Origin: Candidatus Wolframiiraptor sinensis
GTDB taxonomy: Archaea > Thermoproteota > Nitrososphaeria_A > Caldarchaeales > Wolframiiraptoraceae
Reading direction: 5' to 3'
Assembly: GCA_023261815.1 (NCBI GenBank)
Contig: JALNKA010000009.1
Span: forward strand, 1-37,253
Length of the DNA stretch: 37,253 bases
In this document: piece by piece, positions 7,938 to 18,229 of the stretch
Position numbering within the stretch: position 1 is the stretch's first letter
How the letters are laid out: the number at the start of each line of letters is the position of its first letter
The notes under the pieces: model-generated
Told to the model about the DNA's origin: nothing
Seen by the model: the letters and a program-made list of their open reading frames with translations, nothing else
The model's database searches: none
Translations under genes and position numbers: made by a program

Positions 7938-8987
7938 CTAGACGTCGCCCGAAATGTTTAGAGCCGTGTAAATTGCCGCGAGGGTGGATGGAGCAGCGAG
8001 CTCCGTGGATAACGTTATCCCGGGCGCGAGATCAAGAACCAGGCTCGCGACCCTGTAGACCCCCTTTGGTATGCCCTCTCTCGATCCTATGAGCAGGTTT
8101 ACTCGCTCTCCTCTTGAGAACAGCTCCCGGATCCTCGGCAGCGCATCTCTCATCTGAAGGCCTTCTGGCTCGAGAACTATTATCGGCTCCTCTCTCCTCT
8201 CCCTCACGAGCTGATACAGGTCCTGCACTAGGACACGAGCTCTCTCAACCCTCCGCGCATAAATCTTCCTCTGAACATCATACCTGCTCTCAATCCCCTC
8301 CCTCACGCCAGCTATGAATGCTTCCAGCTCGAATGCATCGGCGGGCTTATTCGGCGCGATCACGAGCTCCCCAACCTCATATGATTGAACCGCGCGGCCT
8401 ATTCTTCTCCCAATCTCCCTCGCGCCCTCAATCGACCCCAGGTATGGCATCTGGACTATCGAGAGCCTGCTGAAGAGCTTGAAGCTCGGCCTCTTCCCCG
8501 GCGCCATCTTCCTCCACTCGCGCTCCCCCCTCGCCACACCTAACCCGGCTCTATCGAAGATTATCTCGACGTGTATCACGACATCCGGGTTCTCGAGATC
8601 AACCCTGGCCCCCGTCTCGGCTTGAACCGCTGCTCCAACCCTCACATTCACATCGAGGCTCGTGAAGTCGTGCCTGCCCCTTCTCACGGTCCTCACAGCG
8701 AAGCTATCACTCTCGGTGATCGCGCGCTTCGCGAGCTCTACCGCGGCCTCGGCAATCTTATTCAAGTCCGCCTCAACCACCGCGTCAATCTTGATCACGG
8801 ACTCGGCTTCCGGAACCTCCTTCAGGATCAGCTCCTTGAGTGCCTCGGCATCCCGACAGGACTCGACTATCACGAGGCCCTTCAGCCCGCCCGGGCACAC
8901 TCTAACCTCAGCGCTCGAATCGAGCTCCATCACCCTAGCCGCTGCAACCTTCTCTAAGTCGAGGGGAGTCTTCACCACGAGCCTCAA
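7938..8987 (-). CDS. THUMP-domain SPOUT RNA methyltransferase
   Basis: THUMP region SFAVRTVRRGRHDFTS...VDLENPD and SPOUT knot LEPEG...LIGSREGIP...DLAPGITLSTE. Start placed at the TTG following GGAGG. Confidence 0.85.
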   Translation of the reverse strand: MRLVVKTPLDLEKVAAARVMELDSSAEVRVCPGGLKGLVIVESCRDAEALKELILKEVPEAESVIKIDAVVEADLNKIAEAAVELAKRAITESDSFAVRTVRRGRHDFTSLDVNVRVGAAVQAETGARVDLENPDVVIHVEIIFDRAGLGVARGEREWRKMAPGKRPSFKLFSRLSIVQMPYLGSIEGAREIGRRIGRAVQSYEVGELVIAPNKPADAFELEAFIAGVREGIESRYDVQRKIYARRVERARVLVQDLYQLVRERREEPIIVLEPEGLQMRDALPRIRELFSRGERVNLLIGSREGIPKGVYRVASLVLDLAPGITLSTELAAPSTLAAIYTALNISGDV

Positions 8988-9106
8988 GATCGTGGCCTCC
9001 AGAAAGCCATCACAAGCCCAAAATAAAACATGATCCGCGGCGGCCCGAACACTATCGGAAAAAAGATATACGCATCCGTGCTTTATGAGATGAGGTGATC
9101 TATGGG

Positions 9107-9379
9107 ATGAGCCGAGATCAGCTAATAGGAGCCGTGATGATGATATGCGCAATTGCCGGGATAGCCGTCTACGGCTGGATAATGTTCTTCACGCCATGGT
9201 ACGAGATTCTCCTAAAGATAACGGGCTTCATAGCCGTCGCAGGAGTGCTGGGAATAATCGGCTGGATAGGATACACGCTCGCAACCACGCCGCCGCCCAA
9301 GCCGATAGAGGAGATAGAGAAGGAGCTCGAGAAAGAGCTCAAGGAAATGGAGACAAAGGAGGAAAAGGCGCAAAGTTGA
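9107..9379 (+). CDS. Small two-TM membrane protein (conserved archaeal type, function unknown)
   Basis: Two hydrophobic helices, then WIGYTLATTPPPKPIEEIEKE. SD GAGGTGA. Confidence 0.75.
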   Translation: MSRDQLIGAVMMICAIAGIAVYGWIMFFTPWYEILLKITGFIAVAGVLGIIGWIGYTLATTPPPKPIEEIEKELEKELKEMETKEEKAQS

Positions 9380-9439
9380 TAATATTCGCAGCCAACCTCG
9401 CTAACCTCCCAAAAAGAAGAAAAAAGATGATAGCTTATG

Positions 9440-9513
9440 CGCCCTGGCCGGGATTTGAACCCGGGTCACGGGCTCGACAGGCCCGTATACTAACCGGACT
9501 ATACTACCAGGGC
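9440..9513 (-). tRNA. tRNA-Asp(GTC)
   Basis: GCCCTGG/CCAGGGC acceptor stem, CGGGC-CTGTCGA-GCCCG anticodon arm and GGTTCAAATCC. Confidence 0.96.
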
Positions 9514-9600
9514 TCAGGATACCTCATATCGCAAGTACTTTATGAACCTTAAGGCCTCCTTCAATAACATCGCATGGAAATAAATAATGTGAAGGTGGAG

Positions 9601-9690
9601 AGCCCGGGAGGGGATTTGAACCCCTGTAGAGCGGGTCACCGCGCTGGGCTATTCTGCAGCCCGCCGCCTGTACCACTCGGCCACCCGGGC
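9601..9690 (-). tRNA. tRNA-Cys(GCA) with a 17-nt intron at 37/38 (9637-9653)
   Basis: GCCCGGG acceptor stem, GCGGG-CTGCAG-intron-A-CCCGC and AGGGGTTCAAATCCCCT. Confidence 0.94.
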
Positions 9691-9804
9691 TTCTGCCTCA
9701 TTCTCTTCTGCGGAGGCTCTATTTTTTAATATTTTCGCCGGCTTTTTCGGGTTGATGAGCTGTGGTTTTGCGGAGCTTATTTTAAAGGGCGGGTTTTTGA
9801 TTTT

Positions 9805-10596
9805 ATGGGTGCCGGGTTGCTGAGGCGCAGGAGCATCCTGAAGCTCTTGAGGGAGAGGAGGAGCATCAGGATTTTCAAAAGGTCTCGGATGCCCGATGAT
9901 ATCGCGAGGCTGATTATTGAGGCCGGCATTAGGGCTCCGAGCTACTCCTATCTCCAGGAGTACTCGATAATCATGGTATCTGATGAGAATCTCAGGAAGG
10001 AGCTTGCGAAGCTCTGCGAGGGCCAAGATGAGCTGATAATGAATGCGGCGGCCATCTTTCTCATCTGCGCGGACTTGAATAGGCCCGCGAGGATGCTCAG
10101 CCTGCTTGGGCACGCGAATGTCCTAAGGTCCAATAAGCATCCGGTAGAATCCATCTTCGCGGTGTTCGATGCAGGTCTCCTCACGGCCTTCATGATGATC
10201 GCGGCCGAGATAATGGGCTACGGCTCGGTCATACTAGATTATCCCATAGTTTACCCGAATGAGTTCGCGAAGCTCTTCCAGCTTCCCCATGGAGTCGTAC
10301 CTCTAGTCCTCCTCTGCGTCGGTGAGAGGGGCGAGTCTCCGCCCCTTAGGCCAAGGCTCCCCCTCGACTTGGTCTTCTTCAAGAATTCGTATCGGGAGGC
10401 TGATCTTGATGCTCTCAAAAACTATCTCAAAGAGTTTGAGGATGCGATGAGGAGGGAGGATTATGCGAGGAAGTATGTCGGCCTCAACATGGATTACATG
10501 GAGTATCTCAAGCTCAAGACGACGCTCAATGATGAATTGAAGAAGACCTATGACGCTGTTGAGAAGTTCCTGAAGGAGAACTTGATGAAGTTTTAG
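9805..10596 (+). CDS. Nitroreductase family protein (NfsA/Frp-like)
   Basis: RRSIRIF, RAPSYSYLQ, ICADLNR, DAGL...AEIMGYGSV and RPRLP. Confidence 0.88.
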   Translation: MGAGLLRRRSILKLLRERRSIRIFKRSRMPDDIARLIIEAGIRAPSYSYLQEYSIIMVSDENLRKELAKLCEGQDELIMNAAAIFLICADLNRPARMLSLLGHANVLRSNKHPVESIFAVFDAGLLTAFMMIAAEIMGYGSVILDYPIVYPNEFAKLFQLPHGVVPLVLLCVGERGESPPLRPRLPLDLVFFKNSYREADLDALKNYLKEFEDAMRREDYARKYVGLNMDYMEYLKLKTTLNDELKKTYDAVEKFLKENLMKF

Positions 10597-10645
10597 CGCG
10601 CTTCCCGGGAAGGTTAATTTAGCCTCGTGATCCTGACTTTACAGC

Positions 10646-11698
10646 ATGGAGGAGGCGGTCAGGATTTTAGCGGAGTATGCCGAGCTGGTCAATGAAGCGC
10701 TCGAAAAGCACATCCCGAGGAAGGTGGATGAGGGCTGGTTAAGAAAGGTCCTCGGAGACCCAGAGTACGCATATGAGGTCGAGTCCCTGAACAAGGGGGT
10801 ATTCGAGCCATTCTGGGACTTGGCGGATCGCGGTGGTAAGAGGTGGAGACCGGCCCTGATGCTCATGATTTACGAGGCGCTCGGAAGAGATCCTAGAGAA
10901 ATCGCGCCCCTTGCCGTGATCCCTGAGGCGATTCATAATGGGACCCTGGCTGTCGATGACGTGGAGGATAGAAGCGAGTTCAGGAGGGGAAGGCCCTGCA
11001 TCCACAGGATCTACGGCGAGGACATAGCGATAAACATGGGGAACACGATGTATTATCTCCCGCTCATAGCTTTGAGCGAGGTCGCGCCTGAGAAGAAGCT
11101 CATGATCCTAGAGGAGTATGTGAAGACTATGATACGGCTGAGCTTTGGTCAGGCCATGGATATCGCGTGGCACCGGGGCCTTGTTGAGAGCGTGAGCGAG
11201 AGCCAGTATCTCCAGATGACGCTCTTTAAGACTGGGGCTTTAGCCGGCTTCGCGGCCAAGATAGCCGCCATAATGGCCGATGCTCCTGAGAATACTGCTA
11301 ATATGCTTCAGAGGTTCGCGGAGCTCATAGCCGTCGCCTTCCAGATTCAGGACGATGTGTTGAACTTGGTTGGCGATGAGGCGAAGTATGGCAAGGAGAT
11401 AGGCGGCGATATAACCGAGGGCAAGAGGACGCTGATGATCATTCATGCGCTCAGAAATCTTCCAGCCGATGAGGCGCATAAGCTCAGGCGGATACTCGAT
11501 ATGAGGACTAATGATAAGCAGCTGATCAAGGAGGCGATAGAGCTCATAAAGAAGGCTGGAAGCATAGATTACGCAAAAAAGATCTCGGAGAAGCTCGCCT
11601 TAGAGGCTCTCGAGGCTCTGAGGAAGGGTCTGCCCGAGCCGAAGAGCAGAGAGAAGCTCGAGGTTCTAGCAGAATTCCTGGTAAGGAGAGAATTCTAG
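10646..11698 (+). CDS. Polyprenyl (geranylgeranyl) diphosphate synthase
   Basis: GGKRWRP, DDVED...RRG, GQAMD, KTG, FQIQDD and DITEGKRT. Confidence 0.93.
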   Translation: MEEAVRILAEYAELVNEALEKHIPRKVDEGWLRKVLGDPEYAYEVESLNKGVFEPFWDLADRGGKRWRPALMLMIYEALGRDPREIAPLAVIPEAIHNGTLAVDDVEDRSEFRRGRPCIHRIYGEDIAINMGNTMYYLPLIALSEVAPEKKLMILEEYVKTMIRLSFGQAMDIAWHRGLVESVSESQYLQMTLFKTGALAGFAAKIAAIMADAPENTANMLQRFAELIAVAFQIQDDVLNLVGDEAKYGKEIGGDITEGKRTLMIIHALRNLPADEAHKLRRILDMRTNDKQLIKEAIELIKKAGSIDYAKKISEKLALEALEALRKGLPEPKSREKLEVLAEFLVRREF

Positions 11699-11741
11699 GC
11701 GGCCGAGAAAATTTATCCCCCGATTAAGCCCACATGTATTC

Positions 11742-12236
11742 ATGAGCTCTGAGGTGAGGTTCGAGGTAATTGAGGTCAAGATCCCCGAGGGCTGTAACGT
11801 CATCTTCGGGATAAGCCACTTCATTAAGACCGTGGAGGACATCTACGAGGCCTTCGTGAATACTGTTCCCGGAGCAAAGTTTGGGCTGGCATTCGCCGAG
11901 GCCAGCGGCCCGTGCTTGATAAGGCATGAGGGGACGGATGAGGAGCTTAGGAGGCTGGCCGCCGAGACCCTGCTGAGAATAGGATGCGGCCACACCTTCA
12001 TAGTCTTCATGAGAGGTATGTATCCCATAAACGTGATGGAGAGGCTTAAGTCGGTCCCGGAGGTCTGCACAATCTTGGCCGCGACGGCCAACCCCCTACA
12101 GATAGTCGTCGCCGAGACGAGCCAGGGAAGAGGCGTTGTCGCGGTCATAGACGGCTATAAGCCGAGGGGAATCGAGACCGAGAAGGATATTAGGGAGAGG
12201 AGGGAATTCCTCAGGAAGATCGGCTACAAGTTCTAG
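11742..12236 (+). CDS. Adenosine-specific kinase / DUF355 family protein
   Basis: [36 protein letters not shown] and FLRKIGYK. Confidence 0.88.
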   Translation: MSSEVRFEVIEVKIPEGCNVIFGISHFIKTVEDIYEAFVNTVPGAKFGLAFAEASGPCLIRHEGTDEELRRLAAETLLRIGCGHTFIVFMRGMYPINVMERLKSVPEVCTILAATANPLQIVVAETSQGRGVVAVIDGYKPRGIETEKDIRERREFLRKIGYKF

Positions 12237-12292
12237 CCGGCTCACGAATCCCCACTCTTTTCCTTAAATAGAGTTTCAGCCAAATTATCTTC

Positions 12293-12691
12293 GTGCATGA
12301 ATGGGCTTTAGCCGAGGCAGTGGTATCAACGATCTCGAGGATGATCGCCGAGAGGAATTTGGGAGGAATTATTGACGTCGTGATCAGGATTGGCGAGCTC
12401 CAGCAGATAGACTTGGACGCATTCAAGTTCGCTCTGGATCAGCTCAGCCTTCAGCGCTCCCTGAATGCCAGGTTCGAGTTTAGGGGGGAGAGGGCGGAGT
12501 TCAAGTGCAGGGCCTGCGGCGCGATGTGGCCTTTCGAGAAGGAGAATCTCGACCCAGATGTCAAGGAGGCGATTCACGTGATCCCCGAAGTCGCTCACGC
12601 CTTCCTCAGATGCCCGAGATGCGGCAGCCCGGACTTCGAGGTAGTTAAGGGCAGGGGAGTATGGATTGAGAGCATTCGAGGAGGGAGATAG
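12293..12691 (+). CDS. hypA: Hydrogenase nickel insertion protein HypA
   Basis: MHEWALA start, GELQQID, CRAC...CPRC and GRGVWIESI. Confidence 0.94.
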   Translation: MHEWALAEAVVSTISRMIAERNLGGIIDVVIRIGELQQIDLDAFKFALDQLSLQRSLNARFEFRGERAEFKCRACGAMWPFEKENLDPDVKEAIHVIPEVAHAFLRCPRCGSPDFEVVKGRGVWIESIRGGR

Positions 12692-12692
12692 C

Positions 12693-13427
12693 GTGATCGA
12701 TCCGAGGATAAGCGTGATCGAGGAGAGGCTTAAGGGAGTCGGCCGGATAATAGCCGTCTCGAGCGGCAAGGGCGGCGTTGGAAAAAGCCTGATAGCCGCG
12801 ACCACAGCCCTAATACTCTCCAGCAAGGGGATCAGCGTTGGGCTACTCGACCTGGACTTCACCAACCCCTCGAGCAGCACAATACTCGGAGCAGGCTCAG
12901 TCCGCCCGATCGAGGATAAAGGCATGATTCCTCCAAAGATCCACGGCATAGAATATATCTCGATAACGTTTTTCGCGGGCGATGATGTGATGCCGCTCAG
13001 GGGGGAGGATGTTACCAACGCATTCATCGAGGTGCTCGCTCTCACTAGATGGGGAAACCTAGATTACTTGATAGTGGATACGCCGCCCGGCCTCGGGGAC
13101 GCGCTGCTGGACCTGCTCAGGTTAATCAGGAGGCTGATGTTCCTGGTGATCACAACGCCCTCGAGGCTCTCGCTCGAGACCGTGAGAAAGCTTCTGGCGC
13201 TGCTCCATGATGTCGGAGCACCGGTAATCGGCGTCGTGGAGAACATGCTCATCAATGACTCAGCCTCGGTGAGGAGCGAGGTGGAGAGAATGGGGGCAAG
13301 ATATCTCGGATCAATACCCTTCGACCCCGAGGTGGAGAAGGCTCTCGGAAGCCCCAAGAAGCTCTCGGAGACCAGATTCGCCGCGAGGCTCTCGGAGATA
13401 CTCGATCACGCGCTGAAGGCTACTTGA
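12693..13427 (+). CDS. Mrp/NBP35-family ATPase, probably ATPase-type HypB
   Basis: Deviant Walker A SGKGGVGKS, DLD, DTPPG and ENM. No CPxC after ENM. Directly follows hypA. Confidence 0.82.
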   Translation: MIDPRISVIEERLKGVGRIIAVSSGKGGVGKSLIAATTALILSSKGISVGLLDLDFTNPSSSTILGAGSVRPIEDKGMIPPKIHGIEYISITFFAGDDVMPLRGEDVTNAFIEVLALTRWGNLDYLIVDTPPGLGDALLDLLRLIRRLMFLVITTPSRLSLETVRKLLALLHDVGAPVIGVVENMLINDSASVRSEVERMGARYLGSIPFDPEVEKALGSPKKLSETRFAARLSEILDHALKAT

Positions 13428-13887
13428 GCCTTCCGATGGATATCAGGGGCTTCGAGCCAAAGAGCCTATTATGCTCCTTCATTATGCACCTATTCCAAAC
13501 GACGATCACGCCGTTTTCCCTCAGCATCTCGGCTGCCTCGCGGCTGTAGATCCCCTCCTGCATCCAGAAAACCCTTGGCCTGGGCTTCATGGAGAGAGCT
13601 TGTCTCGCGATCAGCGGGATGTCGCTCGAAGGCCTGAAAACATCCACGATGTCGATGGGCACCTCGATCTCTAGGAGCGACTTGTATGATTTTAGGCCTA
13701 GAACGCTCTCCACATTCGGGTTCACGGGAATTACCTCGTAGCCCTGCCTGATGAGGAACTTTGGGACGAAGTGGGATGGCTTCGACGGATCGCGCGAGAA
13801 GCCGACGACCGCTATCCTCCTAGCCTCCGATAAAATCCTCCTGAGCTCCTCGTCGCCGAGCCCATCCGGTGGAATTACCTCTGACAT
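13420..13887 (-). CDS. CoA-binding protein (YccU family)
   Basis: IAVVGFS, PVNP, DIVDVFRPS, WMQEGI and NRCI. Confidence 0.9.
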   Translation of the reverse strand: MSEVIPPDGLGDEELRRILSEARRIAVVGFSRDPSKPSHFVPKFLIRQGYEVIPVNPNVESVLGLKSYKSLLEIEVPIDIVDVFRPSSDIPLIARQALSMKPRPRVFWMQEGIYSREAAEMLRENGVIVVWNRCIMKEHNRLFGSKPLISIGRLK

Positions 13888-13951
13888 CAGCTTCCACAGC
13901 TTAATCGGATTGCCCTTCTTAATTTAGGCTGCTCCGCTTTTAAGTCGAGTG

Positions 13952-14026
13952 TGGGGCCGCTGGGATTTGAACCCAGGACCTCGCGGGCCCGAGCCGCGAA
14001 TCATGGCCAAGCTAGACCACGGCCCC
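13952..14026 (-). tRNA. tRNA-Pro(CGG)
   Basis: GGGGCCG acceptor stem, CGCGG-CTCGGGC-CCGCG and CTGGGTTCAAATCCCAG. Confidence 0.95.
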
Positions 14027-14101
14027 TGCAGCTGAGAGATCATGCTATTCATATTTAGGGTTAATCGCGGGTCTCGGGCCTATATTCAAGCTGAGAGGGG
14101 T

Positions 14102-14866
14102 CTAGGTGCCCTCGATTCTCGGGGCTATTAGGTATTCTAGTCTTCCGGATGGTATTGGAAATCCAAGCTTTATCGGCTTATTCGTCGTCAGCTCCATCAC
14201 CATCTCATCGCTCAGCGCTGAGCCGGCCTTCACTATCTTCTCGAGGTAGTTTATGCTGAAGTGCGCCCAAACCTCCTTACTCGCCTCTATCACGTATATC
14301 GCGGCGCCGTGCTTGGAGAATTTTATCTGGGCTCCGCCGAGCTCTCCCTTAGCCGATAATACGACCTCCTCGGGGCTTATCGTTATCTTCACGTAGTCGC
14401 TGAGGGCCTTGCAGTCCCTGATCGCATCCTTGACGGCTGATGAGCTTATCCTAGCCTTCGCGTCGAACGTGAGCTTCGGCGTAACGCTTCTAGCCTCCAC
14501 GGTCTCGAGCGTGTTGAACGTGAAGATCCTCTGCTTCGAGCCAGTTGCGTCCACGATCACGAGCTCAAGCCTTCTATCGCCCTCGTTATACGAGAAGATC
14601 ATGCTCTCGCCGCTCTTGACGTGCTTGAGGAGCTTCAGGAGCTCCGAGATATTCACGGTCATCTGGAGGTCGCCGTTGCACTCATATTCCTCGGCGGCAG
14701 AGCTCGAGAGCTCGAAGTCCACGAGCGATATGTGGGCGGGATCCATGGCCACGAGCCTAATCCCATCCGCCGTCAGCTTGAACGTCCCCTCATCCGCGAC
14801 CGCGTTTATGGCTTTAAGTAGGTCTGAGAAGTAGTCCGCGCTCGGCAGCTTCATCCTAAATGACAT
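14102..14866 (-). CDS. pcn: DNA polymerase sliding clamp (PCNA)
   Basis: AMDPAHISLV, FSINYL and C-terminal YLIAPRIE. SD GGAGG before ATG 14866. Confidence 0.95.
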   Translation of the reverse strand: MSFRMKLPSADYFSDLLKAINAVADEGTFKLTADGIRLVAMDPAHISLVDFELSSSAAEEYECNGDLQMTVNISELLKLLKHVKSGESMIFSYNEGDRRLELVIVDATGSKQRIFTFNTLETVEARSVTPKLTFDAKARISSSAVKDAIRDCKALSDYVKITISPEEVVLSAKGELGGAQIKFSKHGAAIYVIEASKEVWAHFSINYLEKIVKAGSALSDEMVMELTTNKPIKLGFPIPSGRLEYLIAPRIEGT

Positions 14867-15022
14867 ACTCCTCCCCTGGATGGAGACATGCATCTGGGCG
14901 TAATTAAGGTTTGATTCCACTGTGAGGCGGGCGGGCGGCTCAGGTTATACCCTGGAAATCGAGGGGGAAGTATCGGGCGAATATTGATATTGTTGTTGAG
15001 CGGGCTAGTTAGCTGGAGCCTG

Positions 15023-16567
15023 ATGAGCCTTAGACTCCAGCTCCTGGGGAGAATCGAGCTGAGCTCGGACGCGGGCGGAGCGATGCAGGAGATAAGGGAG
15101 GCATTTGACGAGCTTGAAAGTTTCCTCGAGAGGGCCGTGGAGAAGTATGGCGAGGAGGCCGCGGAGCTCCTGAGCTGGAATGTCGAGGGAAATCTTCTGA
15201 AGGTCTCGATTAGGTCTGGGAGGAGCCTCAGGGCGCATGACGTTCTCCTCAGGCTGAAGAATATTCTAGCTCAGAAAGTCGGGGCCAAGAGGATCGGCAC
15301 TAGGCGCGTCATCGTAGAAAGCCTGGAGGCGAGGATCAGCGGAGGCCATGTGGGGAGACAACGTGCAGAGGAGCTTCTGCAGGGAGTTGCCGAGGTGAGT
15401 GAGTCGAATGGAGACCTCGTTCTCATCTTTCAAAACTTGACCGAGCACGATCTCAAGGAGAGGGTGGTGGATAGAGCGCTCAGGCTCATTAGAGTTGAGG
15501 AAGCTCCTCCAGAGGGCGAGAAGCTAGCACCATTCGGGACTGTGCTGAAGAGGGGCGCTGAGAAGACGCATAAGCTCGTGGCAGATGTCGCGGCTGAGGC
15601 CGAGAGGAGGGGGTGGGTGAAGAGGTATCCAGGTAGAGGTCAATGGATCTACATGCCGCCCATGGCCGCGCTCATCAGGGCGATCATACAGCTGCTCGTA
15701 GAGCGGATTGCGAAGCCCCTCGGATTTGATGAGTGGATGTTCCCGAGGCTCGTGCCCATGGAGGTTTACAAGAGGCTGACAACGTATATCGAGCATCTGC
15801 CCGACGGGGTCTTCTACGTATGCGTTCCGCCGAGGGATCCATCGGCCTTCGAGGAGTTCAAGCGGGAGTTCAAGCTGAGGAGGGAGCTTCGGACGGATCT
15901 GCTGAAGAATATCCTCGGCGAGCCCGAGTACATTATGGAGGCGATCCAGTGCACCGCGTTCTACCAATTCTTCAGCGGCGAGATAGTCAGGCTCGAGGAT
16001 CTGCCGGTGAAGGCTTACGAGGTTATGGGCGGCTGGACGTGGAGGAATGAGGCCGGCGGCGTCGAAGGCCTCGTGAGGACGAACGAGTTCCTCAGAATGG
16101 AAATGGTCTTCCTCGGATCCCCGGATCAGGTGATAGAGCTGAGAAACCGCGTAACAGAGCTGACGATAGAGGTCCTCGAGAAGGATCTGGATATGGAGTG
16201 GAGGCTCGTCGCCGGAGCTCCATTCTACCTCTCGCCCCAAGAAGCTTCGAAAAGGCTGATAGACGTCTCACATGTAGATAAGATCCCAACGCTGGATGTG
16301 GAGGTTTACCTGCCCTACCGCGGCCCAAGAGATGAGGCCGAATGGCTTGAGATAACGGCGGCAAGCGTTCACAAGGACTTCTACGTGGAGAACTTTAGGA
16401 TAAAGGAGGCTAGAGGTCGGCAGATCTGGACAGGATGCGTCGGCCACGGGATAAGCAGGTGGGCAATTGGATTCCTAGCAAGGCATGGATTCGACTTCGA
16501 CGAATGGCCTGACTCAATAAAGAGCATCATCAAAAGGCTGCCGCAGTCACCGAGAACCATAACGTGA
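15023..16567 (+). CDS. serS: Seryl-tRNA synthetase, methanogen (rare) type
   Basis: N-terminal SGR..RAH..LLRLKN, PGRGQW, IQCTAFY, GWTWRNEAGG...RTNEFLRME and WTGCVGHGISRW. Confidence 0.9.
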   Translation: MSLRLQLLGRIELSSDAGGAMQEIREAFDELESFLERAVEKYGEEAAELLSWNVEGNLLKVSIRSGRSLRAHDVLLRLKNILAQKVGAKRIGTRRVIVESLEARISGGHVGRQRAEELLQGVAEVSESNGDLVLIFQNLTEHDLKERVVDRALRLIRVEEAPPEGEKLAPFGTVLKRGAEKTHKLVADVAAEAERRGWVKRYPGRGQWIYMPPMAALIRAIIQLLVERIAKPLGFDEWMFPRLVPMEVYKRLTTYIEHLPDGVFYVCVPPRDPSAFEEFKREFKLRRELRTDLLKNILGEPEYIMEAIQCTAFYQFFSGEIVRLEDLPVKAYEVMGGWTWRNEAGGVEGLVRTNEFLRMEMVFLGSPDQVIELRNRVTELTIEVLEKDLDMEWRLVAGAPFYLSPQEASKRLIDVSHVDKIPTLDVEVYLPYRGPRDEAEWLEITAASVHKDFYVENFRIKEARGRQIWTGCVGHGISRWAIGFLARHGFDFDEWPDSIKSIIKRLPQSPRTIT

Positions 16568-16613
16568 TCGATGATCAGATTCGGCGGCGCGCATCGCCTC
16601 ACGGTAAGCGGAG

Positions 16614-17576
16614 GTGGAGAATTCCGTGAAGTTAATGGTGCGGGGAATCTACTCGACGGCCCTAATCCATCTACTCTTATCCAGCGGCTTCACCTTAACG
16701 AGACCGACGAGATCCCAATCGGAGAGGTTCGGCGTATCATCGCGTGATCCGCCTGACGCCGAGATAACGGACTTAACATCCGATCGAAATTGCATCGAGA
16801 TAAGAGGCTCCTCTGAGGCCGTTGAATCCGTGATAGATGTCCTCCGCAAAACCTTCGCGGATCTGATAGTCTTGGGGGTTAAGGACTCGGGCGGCCTCCT
16901 GAGCGCGAGAATGGGCTTCCCTAATGACGCGAAGCTCAAGCTCGATGAGCTGAGAGCCACGATAGCCTACACAGTTCCATATCACCATTATTGCAGAGCC
17001 GGCGGCGAGGGGTTATCGAGCATGGTGACGATAGCTGAGGACATGGTGGAGAAGGGAGTCGTCCCAGCTGAAGAGATGTCTAGGAGCTTCCGCGAGCAAG
17101 TTCTAAGCATCTCCCCAAGAATCGGGTCCACGGTCAAGATCATCCACCTGAAGCCCGATGGAAGGAGGATAATCCTCGGACATGGTAGAGTTGTCGGGAG
17201 ATCCGACGGTTCGATCAGGCTCATGAGGAGGATAATGGGGTTCGGGATATATGATGGTCTTGGGATAGAGAAGTGCCCCGGAGACTATGCGATGACAGAG
17301 ATCTCGAGATTCCGCCCATGGATTAAGACCAGCTATTACAGCATCTCGGGCGCGCTCAAGGGCTGCTACTACAACATCTCGACGCCGGTCTCGGTATACC
17401 CGGATCACGTGCACTACTTCGACCTCGAGGTGGATGTAGTCGTCAAGCCGAGCTCAGGCCCGGAGATCGTGGACGCCGATGGCTTGGAGAAAGCTGTCCA
17501 GGAGAATAGGATAAGCGAGGAGCTGAAGAAGGCGGCTCTCAAGATCGCTGAGGAGATCGCTTCGAAGCAACCCTAG
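16614..17576 (+). CDS. FAU-1-like / DUF402 RNA-binding ribonuclease
   Basis: VRGIYSTAL N-terminus, HH, GIYDGL...GDYA, YYNISTP and DLEVDVV. Confidence 0.8.
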   Translation: MENSVKLMVRGIYSTALIHLLLSSGFTLTRPTRSQSERFGVSSRDPPDAEITDLTSDRNCIEIRGSSEAVESVIDVLRKTFADLIVLGVKDSGGLLSARMGFPNDAKLKLDELRATIAYTVPYHHYCRAGGEGLSSMVTIAEDMVEKGVVPAEEMSRSFREQVLSISPRIGSTVKIIHLKPDGRRIILGHGRVVGRSDGSIRLMRRIMGFGIYDGLGIEKCPGDYAMTEISRFRPWIKTSYYSISGALKGCYYNISTPVSVYPDHVHYFDLEVDVVVKPSSGPEIVDADGLEKAVQENRISEELKKAALKIAEEIASKQP

Positions 17577-18195
17577 CGAGCCTGGCATACCAGAGCTCAT
17601 ATGCTCCACCTCTGCTTTCTCCAACCTTAATCAGCGATTTAACCACCAAGTATGCCGGGATTATGCTTAGAGGGACATGAAGCACGTTAAATATCGCCGT
17701 GAAGATCATTATCAGGGGTAGGGCAGCCAGCTCATCTACTATTCTCAGGCCAAGGAAGGCTGAAATACTTGCTGCGGCAAATTCCAAGAAGCCGGGGAAC
17801 ATGTAAACCAGCACGAGATAATTAAATACGCTCATTAAGATGACTCTAATTATGCATCCGAAAATGATTCCCAAAATGAAGCCCATTCCTCGTGACGGCC
17901 TTAGCTTGAAGCCAGCCCAGAGACCGATCAAGGTCGAGAGCACCGCCGCGAATTTCATCGTAGGGCCTAGTGGTGAGAAAGCGCCCACAAAAAGCAGGAC
18001 AAGCCAGTAGACGGCCGCGGAGAATACACCAGCCGACGGGCCTAGCGTGAGGAAAGCAAGGAAAACTGGAACCTCCGCCAAATCAAATTTCAGGTAAGGG
18101 ATTATGGGAAATGGAAATGAAAGCGGCAGGACCGCTAAGAGGGCTGCTAGACTTGCTAGACAACTTGCTGCTGCAACCTGCTTGATAGTCCTCAT
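17539..18195 (-). CDS. ECF transporter S component (RibU/PanT-like)
   Basis: PFPIIPYLKFDLAEVP, LGP, multiple TM helices and IFN motif. Confidence 0.85.
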   Translation of the reverse strand: MRTIKQVAAASCLASLAALLAVLPLSFPFPIIPYLKFDLAEVPVFLAFLTLGPSAGVFSAAVYWLVLLFVGAFSPLGPTMKFAAVLSTLIGLWAGFKLRPSRGMGFILGIIFGCIIRVILMSVFNYLVLVYMFPGFLEFAAASISAFLGLRIVDELAALPLIMIFTAIFNVLHVPLSIIPAYLVVKSLIKVGESRGGAYELWYARLARVASKRSPQRS

Positions 18196-18229
18196 GGCAG
18201 GACGAGCCTGGTTCCAGTGAATTAATAAA

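Noticed and set aside
9145-10113. ORFs 9145-9552 (+) and 9649-10113 (-)
   Set aside because: They overlap tRNA-Asp, tRNA-Cys and better-supported genes, so they are shadow frames.
4802-14026. Integrated element at one of the tRNA genes
   Set aside because: I saw no integrase and no duplicated tRNA 3' end, and the flanking genes are housekeeping.
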